Source: an uncultured Chthonomonadaceae bacterium (GTDB taxonomy: Bacteria; Armatimonadota; Chthonomonadetes; Chthonomonadales; Chthonomonadaceae). From it: a DNA stretch of 64,000 nt. The number at the start of each line of letters is the position of its first letter. Position 1 is the stretch's first letter. This document shows positions 35,454 to 45,365 of the stretch, in pieces. The position numbers were made by a program, and so were the translations under genes. Below the pieces are notes generated by a model. The model was not told the origin of the DNA. It worked only from the letters and a program-made list of their open reading frames with translations, and did not search any database. The stretch is from the NCBI GenBank assembly GCA_963835065.1, contig CAWIEK010000009.1:64001-128000 (forward strand), written 5' to 3'.

Positions 35454-38400
35454 GATGTTAGGTCTCCAGAATTGCGTTTTCTGGCCCACGCGACGCCCTG
35501 CGCGATAGCGGCGCGCATGGCGTCATCAAAGCCGTACCAGTCGCAAACAATTTTATCCGCTTCGCGTTGGAGGCCGCAAAACAGCGCCCACCGCTGCTGC
35601 GCTTCTTGTCCAAGCGCAGCATAGGCGGCAAGCCATCTTGAAGCGGCAATCGGTTCCGGCATCTGCCGCCCTTGCGCCTGCGCCCACGTTTGATCGCTCC
35701 GACTCCACTCGTCCAGAAACAGGCCCAGAACGCGGGCAAAATCAGCCGCGTAGGGCTGTTCTTCTCCCACGCCGGAAACGATTCGCTGCCGCGCATGAAG
35801 CGCAGAAACGCGCTGATTGGACGCGCCCTGATTTATCACTTCCCCTCGCGCTATCATATCGCCAAGCGTCAGTTTGGGCAGTGGCGTCGTGTTCAGGACG
35901 GCGGACGGCGGCAAAGTCACCGTTCCGGTTTCTGTTCCGGGCAGGATGGCATGAAGCCGCGTCACAAAATCGGCTTCAAGTTCGGCGCGAATATGCAACA
36001 TCCGGTCGGCCAAATCCGCCAGTTCGGCAACGGGAAACGTCGCCGGGTCAGGCACAGGAACGCGGTACAATTCTTCCTTTCCGATGTGGTTGTTGGTAGA
36101 AAAAAGATTTATCATGTAGGCGACAGGTTTGCTGACAATGAAAGCAAGAAGCGCCCTGCCGGTTTGAACCTCTGCTGTAGGCGCAAGCGAGATGCGCCAC
36201 AACTCATTCGTAAATGCAATCGGGTGAGTTGCGTCCCGTTCAAACCAGGTTGCAATCAAGGTGTCTCGCGTATTCAAACGGGCGACTTGACGCAAAACAA
36301 TGCCGAATTCACGGGCTGGTAGTTGTTGAACGGCTTCCAGATTCCTCGAGGCGGTAATGTTGGCAGTCGTAAATCCGGTGTTTGAACCAGGTGGAAGCGG
36401 CCTGGCCCAATCGGAAGGAATAGCGGGCAATGGCGCAAACAAATTCGCATTTTCGCCTTTGTAGATTGCCACATCTCCTTGCGCATAACTCCCATTCCTA
36501 CCTTTTACCCGTAATGGATTAAGATGCGTCGCATTCACGTCGCCCTGTTTGAAATCCGAAAACGTTTGAGCAAGCAGGGTTCCGAGCGTGAACGTCAATT
36601 CGTTGCTGACCATTCTTGCCTGCTGCCAGATTGCCGCATCGGTCGGGTTGTTGGAAACCAGCCACGCGCCGTTCCACGTTCCATTTTGCGGCACGGCGTC
36701 TACTACGGACGGGGCTGTAAGTAGGACATGGCCGGCCTGCGCGTCCGGGGTGTCATTGCCGCCGCCGACAACAATGGTCTGCGCGTCAATAGAATGTTCG
36801 ACGGCCACGATGCCGACAGCCTGATCCACGCCGGGAAACAGCATATCGCCGCGAAAAAAGCGGACGGCGGCGAAGGGCGCGAACGGCGGCGTTCGCAGCA
36901 GGTTCCGCGCCGCTTTCGCGCTTGGATCGCCGAAGATCGTCAGAGGCACAATAAACGCCATGCGCCCGAACTCGGCTAGATAGTAAAGCCCCAACTTCAG
37001 AAACAGCAGGTACAGGTTCAGGTCACCCGATAGTGCCGCCGCATAAAACGGCGCGCTGCGATATCGCTCTGCTGCCAGCGCCTCGCGCTTGCTCGTGACG
37101 TAGGGCGGGTTCGAAATCACGTATTGAAAGCCCGCCACAAAGCCGTTTGTTCGCGCCTTGATCGGGTAGGCTTCATCAGCCAGTCGCTCATTCAGCGTGT
37201 CGGGAATCGTGGAGGACTGCCCGGAAACATGCGGGTCGTCCAGCACGTCGCGCGGCAATTCCAGGCTATCCGTATTGACAATATTGAAACGGTCAATCGG
37301 GTAGTTCTGCCCCGCCTGCTGTAAAACCGCCAGATCGTTCAGCGTCTGAATCAGCAGGTTCATTTCGGCAAGGTAGCAGGCGAAGGGCAGCAGTTCCATG
37401 CCGTGAAACAGGCGGATCAGGTCTTCCACAAATCGGCGAGCCAGTTCCACGCGCAGGTTCGGGACGCTCCGTAAGCGCATTTTCATCCTCCGGCAGATGT
37501 TCGCGGCGGCAGATCGAGGCCACAAGGGCGCGGCGATAGCGGCGGGCCGCATGGACAAGAAAACTGCCGCTGCCGCAGGCCGGGTCGAGGATGGAACGCC
37601 CGATGACCGCCGCGCCCTCATAGCCGAGCAGGTCAAGCATGTACTCCACAACGCGAGGCCGGGTGAGAAAATGGCCCTTACGCTTTTGCGCCACCCGGTC
37701 AATATAGTTTTCGTAGGTGAAGCCGATCACGTCACTGGCAATATCGGCAAATGAGTAGCGGCACAGAAACGCAAGCGTTTCGAGCAGCAGAAAGTCGTCG
37801 GGAACAAACCAGTTGAAAACCGGCTGCTGAAAGAAGTGCAGATAGTAGTTGCCCGCTTTGCGCGTGAGCAAATTGCAATAAATATCGCCCACAATGCTGA
37901 CGCTTTCCAGTTCCCAAAACTGGCGGCGCGCGTAATCCAGCCACACTTGAAAGCCGCCGTTGCTTGCCATGCGCGGCTGCATCACCTGCTTGTCTTCCAG
38001 AACGCGAACAAGCAGCATACGCACAAAGAAAACATAAGCCACCTGTTCGGCAAACACTTCCGGCTTGATGTCCTCGGCGTCCGTCTGTCGGTTGCTCCAC
38101 ACCTGGTAGGCATGAGCGACAAGCAGGCGGCCACTGCTTTCAAATCGCAGCGAGTACAGAACGCCGCTGATGCGCAAAACATTTTCTTTCCAGATGTTGA
38201 ACTGCGCGTTAAGCGCGGGGGTTAAACTCCTGCCCTGCGACTTGACAAGCACCGGTTCAATTTGCTCCAACTCCTGTTTTGTGCTTTCACCAGGTTTGAG
38301 CGCATTCAAAGCCGCTGCAATGCTTTCCGGCTGATACGTGAAATTACTTAACAATTTTTTGGAAGCGTCCTGCCATTCCGACAGCAGGCGCGTTTGCGTG

Positions 38401-39131
38401 ACGTTCGCCTCCTCTTCTCCGGCAAGCGCGGCGCGAATACGGGTTAATGCGGCCAGGCGCAGGTGATCCAGTGACTCGCGGCTGCCCGCGATAAACTGCG
38501 CAAGCGCCCGGTCGGTGGTAAGGTGAATCGCGTTCGCTTCAAACGTGGCCGAGTCAACGGCAATGCTTTCCGCGAGGCTTGCAAATTGAAAGAAGCGCGT
38601 TCGGCTGAACAACAGTTGAAACAGAGCCAAATTGGTGGTTTGCGTTTCCCGAACCTCATCCGTAACGGTTTGCGCTCCAAACAGGGCTTCCACGTTCACA
38701 TTGACCAGTGTTTCGGCGTCGGACATGTCGTTGGCGGCAAAGCGCATAGCGACAATGCGGCGCATGTTGCACCAAACCGCGTAACCCGCTGTGCCGATGC
38801 AGTAGCGGCGCATCTGCTGAATATGTTTCGGCTCTAAATCAAGCGTACTGTTTTTGTCCTCCCATACAAACGCTGTGCCGACCGGCCCTCGTACAATGTA
38901 GTCCGGGCGGTTTTCCCGATTGCCCGCCTGCGTCAGGTTGTAATTCAGCCGGGCATCCTCGAAACCCAGCCATTCCAGCGCGTAGCGGGCGAACTGCTGA
39001 TCTACGGCATTGGCTTCATCGTTGCTGCGCTCACTTTCCGGCAGCGCCAGGTAAGCGCGATAATCGCACTGTCGCCCACCCACATTCAGGCTGATACGAT
39101 CAATAACGGCAGATTGAAAAGCAGCAAGCAT
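35450..39131 (-). CDS. Type IIG-like restriction-modification enzyme (nuclease + N6-adenine MTase + TRD), +1 frameshift near 37458
   Basis: RPDY..WEDK nuclease motif; GHFLTR; ILDPACGSGSFL (motif I); ISNPPY (motif IV); NLYLLFL; frames join at LTERP|LRVELA. Confidence 0.88.
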
Positions 39132-39134
39132 AGC

Positions 39135-40109
39135 TTACTTTTTGTCCCCTATGCCTTTGAGCCACTCCCCCGCCCGCTCAGGCCAGTGCGAGATAGGATT
39201 TTCCGAGGGGCGCAAGCCGTAGCCATGCCCACCCTTGGCATAGATATGCAGTTCAACCGGCACTTTGGCGGCTTTTAACGCCTGCCCGTAGACAAGCGCG
39301 TTTTCGACGTGAACCGGGTCGTCTTCGGTCATGGCGATAAACGTCGGCGGCGTGTCGGTGGACGGCTTGATTTCGGGAGCCAGGCGCGTCAGGTCGTCAT
39401 TGGGAGTGAGGTACGCGGGATAAATCAGCAGGGCAAAGTCCGGGCGGCAGCTTTCCTGATCCGCCGCATCTACAGTCGGATAAGCGCGAGTTTCATGGTT
39501 GCTGCAAAGCATGGCCGCCAGATGCCCGCCTGCGGAAAAGCCCAGGATGCCGATACGCTTGCTGTCCAGTTCCCATTCTCTGGCATGATGGCGCGTCAAA
39601 CTCAGCGCGCGCTGCGCATCCTGAAAGGCAGCCGCGTGTCGTTCCAGGCTGGGACGGGCGGGAACGCGGTATTTCAGCAGAACCGCCGTATAGCCCAATG
39701 AGTTCAGCCACGCGCAGACTTCCGTGCCTTCCAGATTCAGCGCCAGAATCGAGTACCCGCCGCCCGGACATACGACAACCGCCCCGCCGTTCGCCTTGTT
39801 TTTGGCGGGGCGGTACACGGTAATCGTCGGGCGCGTCACATTGCCTGTGCGAATCACGTAATTTTCCTGCGAACCGTCCTGCCCCGGCTTGGTGGTGTCG
39901 AGTTCCGCGCCGATGGTGTCCAGTTTGCCCGCGTCACCCGGAGCCACGCCCGGCCACAGCGCAATCGTATCTGAAGCCGTTAGTTTCACGCTCCGATAAT
40001 CCGGGGGCGCGGCGCTTGTGGGCGCGGCAATCATCGCCGCCAGCACACACAGCACCAGTCCGCCGCCCATCTTCCACAACAATGTGGCGTTCAGAACCGT
40101 CAAATACAT
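39135..40109 (-). CDS. Alpha/beta hydrolase (esterase)
   Basis: VVVCPGGGY; GFSAGG nucleophile elbow; EDDPV; GGHGYG. Confidence 0.92.
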   Translation of the reverse strand: MYLTVLNATLLWKMGGGLVLCVLAAMIAAPTSAAPPDYRSVKLTASDTIALWPGVAPGDAGKLDTIGAELDTTKPGQDGSQENYVIRTGNVTRPTITVYRPAKNKANGGAVVVCPGGGYSILALNLEGTEVCAWLNSLGYTAVLLKYRVPARPSLERHAAAFQDAQRALSLTRHHAREWELDSKRIGILGFSAGGHLAAMLCSNHETRAYPTVDAADQESCRPDFALLIYPAYLTPNDDLTRLAPEIKPSTDTPPTFIAMTEDDPVHVENALVYGQALKAAKVPVELHIYAKGGHGYGLRPSENPISHWPERAGEWLKGIGDKK

Positions 40110-40176
40110 CTTTGTCTCCTTATGTTAGCTATAATGTTTTCAATGTTGGCGTGAAATGTCTCGCCTGTAAAACCGG

Positions 40177-40731
40177 CTATTTCCGCTCCTCAATCAATTT
40201 GGTGAGCAGTTGGATTTGTTCCTGCTGCATCGCCACCAATTCCCCCCATTGTTGTTCGCGCAGCGCGTCAATCTTCTGATGCAGCGCCAATATCTCTAAT
40301 TCGGACTTCAAGTTGACTTGATAATCGTGTTCGGCGGCAAGCCGGTCTTTTGCCGCATAGCGGTTTTGAGACATCATAATGACAGGGGCTTGCAGCGCGG
40401 CCAGCATGGACAAAATAAGATTGAGGAAAATGTAGGGATAGGCATCAAAAGGTTTGCCGATCCGCGTCAAAATCACCGTATTCAGCACGACCCAGGAAAG
40501 CAGCAACGCCAGGAAAATAATGATAAACGTCCAGGAACCTCCAAAGATTGCAATGCGGTCCGCAAGGCGCTGTCCGAACGTCAGGGTTTCCTCGAATTCC
40601 TGATTGGTGTTGCGGCTGATGTGGCCTCGTTTAGTCAGACGCTCAATAACCCGCTGCTCGCTTTCGCCTGCCTCGCCGCAGGTTTGCAGAAACGTTGCCG
40701 TCAGTTCTTCTATGGAGTTGTTCTTTAGCAT
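40177..40731 (-). CDS. DUF1003 membrane protein
   Basis: TFGQRLADRIAIFGGSW; FDAYPYIFLNLILSMLAALQAPVIMMSQNR. Confidence 0.92.
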   Translation of the reverse strand: MLKNNSIEELTATFLQTCGEAGESEQRVIERLTKRGHISRNTNQEFEETLTFGQRLADRIAIFGGSWTFIIIFLALLLSWVVLNTVILTRIGKPFDAYPYIFLNLILSMLAALQAPVIMMSQNRYAAKDRLAAEHDYQVNLKSELEILALHQKIDALREQQWGELVAMQQEQIQLLTKLIEERK

Positions 40732-40795
40732 GGCTTATTTCTTTGCTTATTTTTACAACGCGCCAAACACGCCCATTGCCGCCCAACGTCCTGCC

Positions 40796-41686
40796 TCAAA
40801 TATCTCGCTTCTGGAACAAAGCCGCGCCGATGAAAAACACTGCCACTATGTAGACAGCCACGTAAACGGCATCAAGGTGGGCGAAATGCAAATGCCTTTC
40901 CCCCCAACTGTTTAAGAACTCCGGGGATTGCCATTGTCCAAACCCGCGTCCGCTAAAAGAAGGCCGAATCAGCGGTTCAACCTTATTCTCAACCCACCAG
41001 CCTACATAGCCTTGCGGCACAACCAAGCCGGCAATATCCGCGATCCAGCGCAGAATGTCAACGTCGTATTGATTCCCCAGGGCATTGAAAACGCCGTCGA
41101 ACCAGGCCAAAGCCCCCAGTGTGACGGCGAGGACAGTCCCAAACAGGCGCGGCGCAACCGTTGAAATCGTCAGTGTGACGGTTGAAAGCAGGATGGGAAA
41201 CAGGGCGAGCAGCGGGCCGGCGCGTAAAATGCTACTGACATTTACATCACATTGCTGGTTGAACGACGCCCACACCATGAACGTCCATACAAGTGTGCTG
41301 CAAACCAGAATAAAATTGATACCGATCCATTTGCCGAGCAGAATCTGCCAGCGCGGCACAGGCTTGGGCAGGATTACAGACATCAATCCGCTTTCGATTT
41401 CACCAGAAATCGCGCCTCCCGCCAGCAGGGCTGAAAACAGCGCTCCCAGCGATTTAATCGAGGAAAGGCAGAGCGACATGACAATCGCCCTCCCCGTGAT
41501 CTGGTTCAGTAAGTAGCGCGGAGGATAAATGCGTCCCGTTGCCAGCATGTGGTTATTGTGGTTCTGCATTGGCACAAGCATCAGCGACAATCCCAAAACC
41601 AGCAAGCCCATCAGCAGCGCTCCGAACAGCGTTCGCCGTCGTACCGCTTCTTTCAGCGTCATCCCCGCAATTATAAAAACGGCCAT
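40796..41686 (-). CDS. ABC-2 type transporter permease
   Basis: TLKEAVRRR; ISGEIESG..ILPKPVPRWQILLGKW; ends FQKRDI. Confidence 0.9.
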   Translation of the reverse strand: MAVFIIAGMTLKEAVRRRTLFGALLMGLLVLGLSLMLVPMQNHNNHMLATGRIYPPRYLLNQITGRAIVMSLCLSSIKSLGALFSALLAGGAISGEIESGLMSVILPKPVPRWQILLGKWIGINFILVCSTLVWTFMVWASFNQQCDVNVSSILRAGPLLALFPILLSTVTLTISTVAPRLFGTVLAVTLGALAWFDGVFNALGNQYDVDILRWIADIAGLVVPQGYVGWWVENKVEPLIRPSFSGRGFGQWQSPEFLNSWGERHLHFAHLDAVYVAVYIVAVFFIGAALFQKRDI

Positions 41687-41946
41687 GTTGAGCCGCGCCC
41701 TTTCTAAAACATTGAAAATAATTTTCAAAGCCTTCTATTCCATTGTACCTAGTTCTGCTTCCTGTCCTGACATTTGCGCTGAAAATGTCAGGACTGCTGA
41801 ACCGAATCTTTCCCTTGTGGAACAAACAAGGTATAACCGAGTACCAGCCAAAAAATCAGCAGGAATCTTCCTGCTTCAAACGGAATCTATGAAAATAACT
41901 CTGTCACCAACATTCATTCGCGCCCGTATATCGTAACAAGGTGAGA

Positions 41947-42037
41947 GGCATCAGGCATTAGGCATCAGGCATTAGATACAAGATAAGAGTTAAAACTTAG
42001 ATGCTCAAGTTCCTAATGCCTGATGCCTGATGCCTAA
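41947..42037. repeat. Inverted heptamer-array element (GGCATYA)n ... (TRATGCC)n
   Basis: Arms are reverse complements; related element at 62592-62664. Confidence 0.85.
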
Positions 42038-42066
42038 CGCCTACAAAAACACGAAAGAGTAAGTCC

Positions 42067-43716
42067 ATGCCGATGATGTTCCATTCTCAGGAAGACCATT
42101 CCGAGGAAAACCACGCGCCGCAGATTGCTGCTCAGAATACGCAAGCGCCTGCGCAGGAGCGCCGCTATGACCCGGAAACGCTGCAAAAAGTGGCGATCCT
42201 TGCTACGCGCCTGCAGCAGGAACACCACGAGCAGCCTGCATCACCCGCGCAGTTGACGGCTTCGGATATGGAAGCCATCGGCCTGGAAATGGGCCTGCAT
42301 CCCGAATTCGTACAGCAGGCGCTGGCGCAGTTGGAAGAGGAACACGCGCGCATGGAAGTGGAAAAGCAACGACAGGAAGCGGTAAAGCAGAAGCAGCAGG
42401 AACAGATTGCAGAACAGCGCCGCCTGCGCGAGCAGACGACCCTGCACAAAACCGCGCTGCAGACCGAACTCGCCGCCGGGAACGCGGAGTTTTATTCCGC
42501 CTGCGCCGCCCTTGCCATTCCCTTCGCGTTCGGGTTTCTGGCCTGGCACTTCAAAAGCACGCACTGGATGGGCGGCCTGCTCACGGACGGCTATTCGCAT
42601 CCCATGATGGTGACGCGCCCCGGCATGTTGGCAGGCTTCACGATGATCGCGCCCGCGCCGCTCGCCCTGATGCTGGGCTTTCTGGCCGGCAAAAAGCGCG
42701 TCGCCTTTGCCGCGTCCGCCGCCATGATGCTTGCGCTCGCTCCGACGTTTCCGTTCCTTGTGGAAACCGGGCAGACTTATTTCTCAATCCTGCGCAACTT
42801 GTTCGATTATACGGGCGAGATGTTCGGCTATGTGTTCTTTGGCCTGCCCGTCGTCGGCCTGATGGCGATCACGGGAGCCTGGGCGCGCAAAACCTATTTC
42901 CCGTTCGGCGGCAGGCAGCGCGACAATGCCGACGTAAATTCGGTTCAGCACAAAGAATACGCCGCGCCCAAAATCGCGCCCGCGCCCCAATTGCAGCCAA
43001 TGTCCTATGCGCAGGGCGCGCAGGCGCAGTCCTATGCGGCACAATCCAATACAGCGGCACAACCTTACCAGGCCGCGCAGCCTTACATGCCCGGACAGGC
43101 GTATGGGCAGACACCGCAGTACGCGCCGCCACCGATGCAGACTCCCTATACCGGACAAGCGCAGCATCCGGGGCAGGCATACGCGCAGCGCCCGGAGCAG
43201 ACACACGCGCCGATGCAAACCACGCCCATGTACCATCAAAATCGGCGCGCGGTCCTGAGCCTGGAAGTGGCGGACAAAGATAAGCTGCGGCAAAGCGCCA
43301 CGCTGGTTGCGGTAGACTATTCGTTCGGGCAGTTTCGCTCGTGGGTGGAAGAGCTTGTGCGCGGGTGCGGCGGCGAAATGCAAACCGGCGTCAACCTGAC
43401 AGCGACCTTTCCAACGGACGCGCAGGCAATGCGCGCCGCGCGCTTATTGCAGGAACGCTTGCCGCAGTTCAACCAATCGCTCAACCGCCTGCCCCTGCCG
43501 TTCCTGTTACGCGCCGCCGTGAGCGCGGGCGATGCCAATTCCAGCCTTGCGTCCCAGCGCAATGCGGCCCTGTTGCGCAACGCGAACCCCGGCGATACGC
43601 TTGTCAGCAGCGAAGTGGGCGCGGCGGCCTTAGCTGAATTGGGGCAGTTGACTCCCCTCCCCGCCTCGCTGATGGGCGAGATGGCGTTTGTATGGCGGGC
43701 GGAAAAGCAAGGATGA
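42067..43716 (+). CDS. Membrane protein with Q/P/Y-rich linker and degenerate class III nucleotide cyclase-like domain
   Basis: About four TM segments; C-terminal VLSLEV..GGEM..ATF..AMRAA..LRAAVSAG..ANPGDTLVS follows the cyclase motif order. Confidence 0.7.
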   Translation: MPMMFHSQEDHSEENHAPQIAAQNTQAPAQERRYDPETLQKVAILATRLQQEHHEQPASPAQLTASDMEAIGLEMGLHPEFVQQALAQLEEEHARMEVEKQRQEAVKQKQQEQIAEQRRLREQTTLHKTALQTELAAGNAEFYSACAALAIPFAFGFLAWHFKSTHWMGGLLTDGYSHPMMVTRPGMLAGFTMIAPAPLALMLGFLAGKKRVAFAASAAMMLALAPTFPFLVETGQTYFSILRNLFDYTGEMFGYVFFGLPVVGLMAITGAWARKTYFPFGGRQRDNADVNSVQHKEYAAPKIAPAPQLQPMSYAQGAQAQSYAAQSNTAAQPYQAAQPYMPGQAYGQTPQYAPPPMQTPYTGQAQHPGQAYAQRPEQTHAPMQTTPMYHQNRRAVLSLEVADKDKLRQSATLVAVDYSFGQFRSWVEELVRGCGGEMQTGVNLTATFPTDAQAMRAARLLQERLPQFNQSLNRLPLPFLLRAAVSAGDANSSLASQRNAALLRNANPGDTLVSSEVGAAALAELGQLTPLPASLMGEMAFVWRAEKQG

Positions 43717-43913
43717 AGGATGAAGCATGAAGGATGAAAATTTGGTCCCGCCTGCCGATAGCGATGGTAAGGCGGGAACCATTGGCGCGTCTTATTTGTT
43801 ACATAAGCGGCGTTTCGTTCAGAACCTACATAGCAAGCCGTCAGGCAGTTACCATGCAGTTACATTGCAGTTAGATAAATGGGCAACGTACCCATAGAAA
43901 AGGATTTTGCGCA

Positions 43914-45158
43914 ATGAAACGTTCGTATTTACTCGCTCCTGTCGCATTGGCGGGACTTTGGAGTTTGACCGGGTGCGGGCATCGAGTTCAAACAGCCTCC
44001 ATGGCTCCGCCGGTGACGCAAAACGCGCCCATGAATAACGGTGGAATGAACGGGGGAATGAATGGAGGCATGGGCGGCGGCATGAACGGCGGCGGGACAA
44101 TGCCTGTCGGCAACATGCAGGGCGGCGTGTATAACTGGCAGGACGTGCCCGCGAATCAGCAGGTGGGCATTCAGCGCGCGCAGTTCGATCAGGGCGGCTA
44201 CCAATTGATTACCGACAGCGGCGATACTATCGTCGTGCCGTTCGTCAACCAGAATTTGTACGTGATGAAGTTCGGGCGAACGAATGGACAGGCGTACTTT
44301 ATCAACGACAATGGCGTCCCGACGCTGTACCTCGCGCCCGGTTCCGGGCTGTCCAACGCCAGCGCGCAGGGCGCGATGTGGTATCCCATTCCCAACAACT
44401 ACAATTATACAAGCCCTATGTACGTTGGCATGGCTCCAAGCTGGAATGATTATGTGGGCATGGGCTGGTATCCGGGCATGGCGATGTACGGCGGTATGTG
44501 GGGCTACAACCCCTACGGCTTCCACTGGATGCCCGGCTTCAACATCAACATCGGCGGCAATCCCTATTACGGCTGGGGTTCGTACCACACGTACTACAGC
44601 AGCCATCCCGGCTATTATCGGCCCAGCGTGGTTTACCGCAACTACAACACAGCCCCGCGTGGAACCGGCTCGTACCGCTACACAGGCTCGTTCGCCAACA
44701 ATGGGCGCAGCACGGGTTCGTTCCGACCCGGCGCTTCCGGCTCCACCGGCTCGTTCGGCAGTCGGCCCTCGGGATCAACCGGCTCCTTTGGCAGCCGTCC
44801 CTCAACGGGCTTTGGTTCGCGGCCTTCCGGCACATTCGGAAGTGGTTCTAGTGGCACGGCAGGCGGCACGGGTTCGTTCGGCAGTGGAACCCGGTCCGGC
44901 GGAACTTTCGGCGGCGGCTCCTTCGGCGGGACGCGGCCGGCCTTTAACGGCGGCGCGTCTGCCCCATCCGGCGGAACCTCTGGCAGCCGTCCGAGCGGCA
45001 GTTCCTTCGGCGGTGGCAGCGGTGGTTTCTCATCGCGCCCAACCGGCGGCGGCAGTTCGTTCGGCGGTGGCAGTTCGTCCAGCCGGCCCTCCGGGAGTTC
45101 CTTTGGCGGCGGCTCAACACGCTCCGGTGGCTCGTTCGGGGGCGGGCGGCGCAGGTAA
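43914..45158 (+). CDS. Lipoprotein with Gly/Ser/Phe low-complexity tail
   Basis: LTGC lipobox; Y/W/G-rich segment; repeated GSFG and GGSSFG. Confidence 0.82.
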   Translation: MKRSYLLAPVALAGLWSLTGCGHRVQTASMAPPVTQNAPMNNGGMNGGMNGGMGGGMNGGGTMPVGNMQGGVYNWQDVPANQQVGIQRAQFDQGGYQLITDSGDTIVVPFVNQNLYVMKFGRTNGQAYFINDNGVPTLYLAPGSGLSNASAQGAMWYPIPNNYNYTSPMYVGMAPSWNDYVGMGWYPGMAMYGGMWGYNPYGFHWMPGFNINIGGNPYYGWGSYHTYYSSHPGYYRPSVVYRNYNTAPRGTGSYRYTGSFANNGRSTGSFRPGASGSTGSFGSRPSGSTGSFGSRPSTGFGSRPSGTFGSGSSGTAGGTGSFGSGTRSGGTFGGGSFGGTRPAFNGGASAPSGGTSGSRPSGSSFGGGSGGFSSRPTGGGSSFGGGSSSSRPSGSSFGGGSTRSGGSFGGGRRR

Positions 45159-45365
45159 GGGCGGCAGCAGCAGAGTTGCTGATGCAAATTCGTTCTGCAA
45201 AATCTTACATTGTTTCTGAAACCTGCAATAAACGTCAACGTAATGTGGCTTGGCAGCAATGCCGCGTTCGCTGCCAGGCGCAGGTTCCACGTCAAAAATG
45301 CGCTATACTGAGAGTGCTTGCTGAGGATTGATACGTCAAGCTTGATAAGATTGAAAAGAAAGAAG

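Noticed and set aside
37450..37470. Programmed or phase-variable frameshift in the R-M gene
   Set aside because: No slippery heptamer or homopolymer tract; the same +1 pattern occurs at six other sites.
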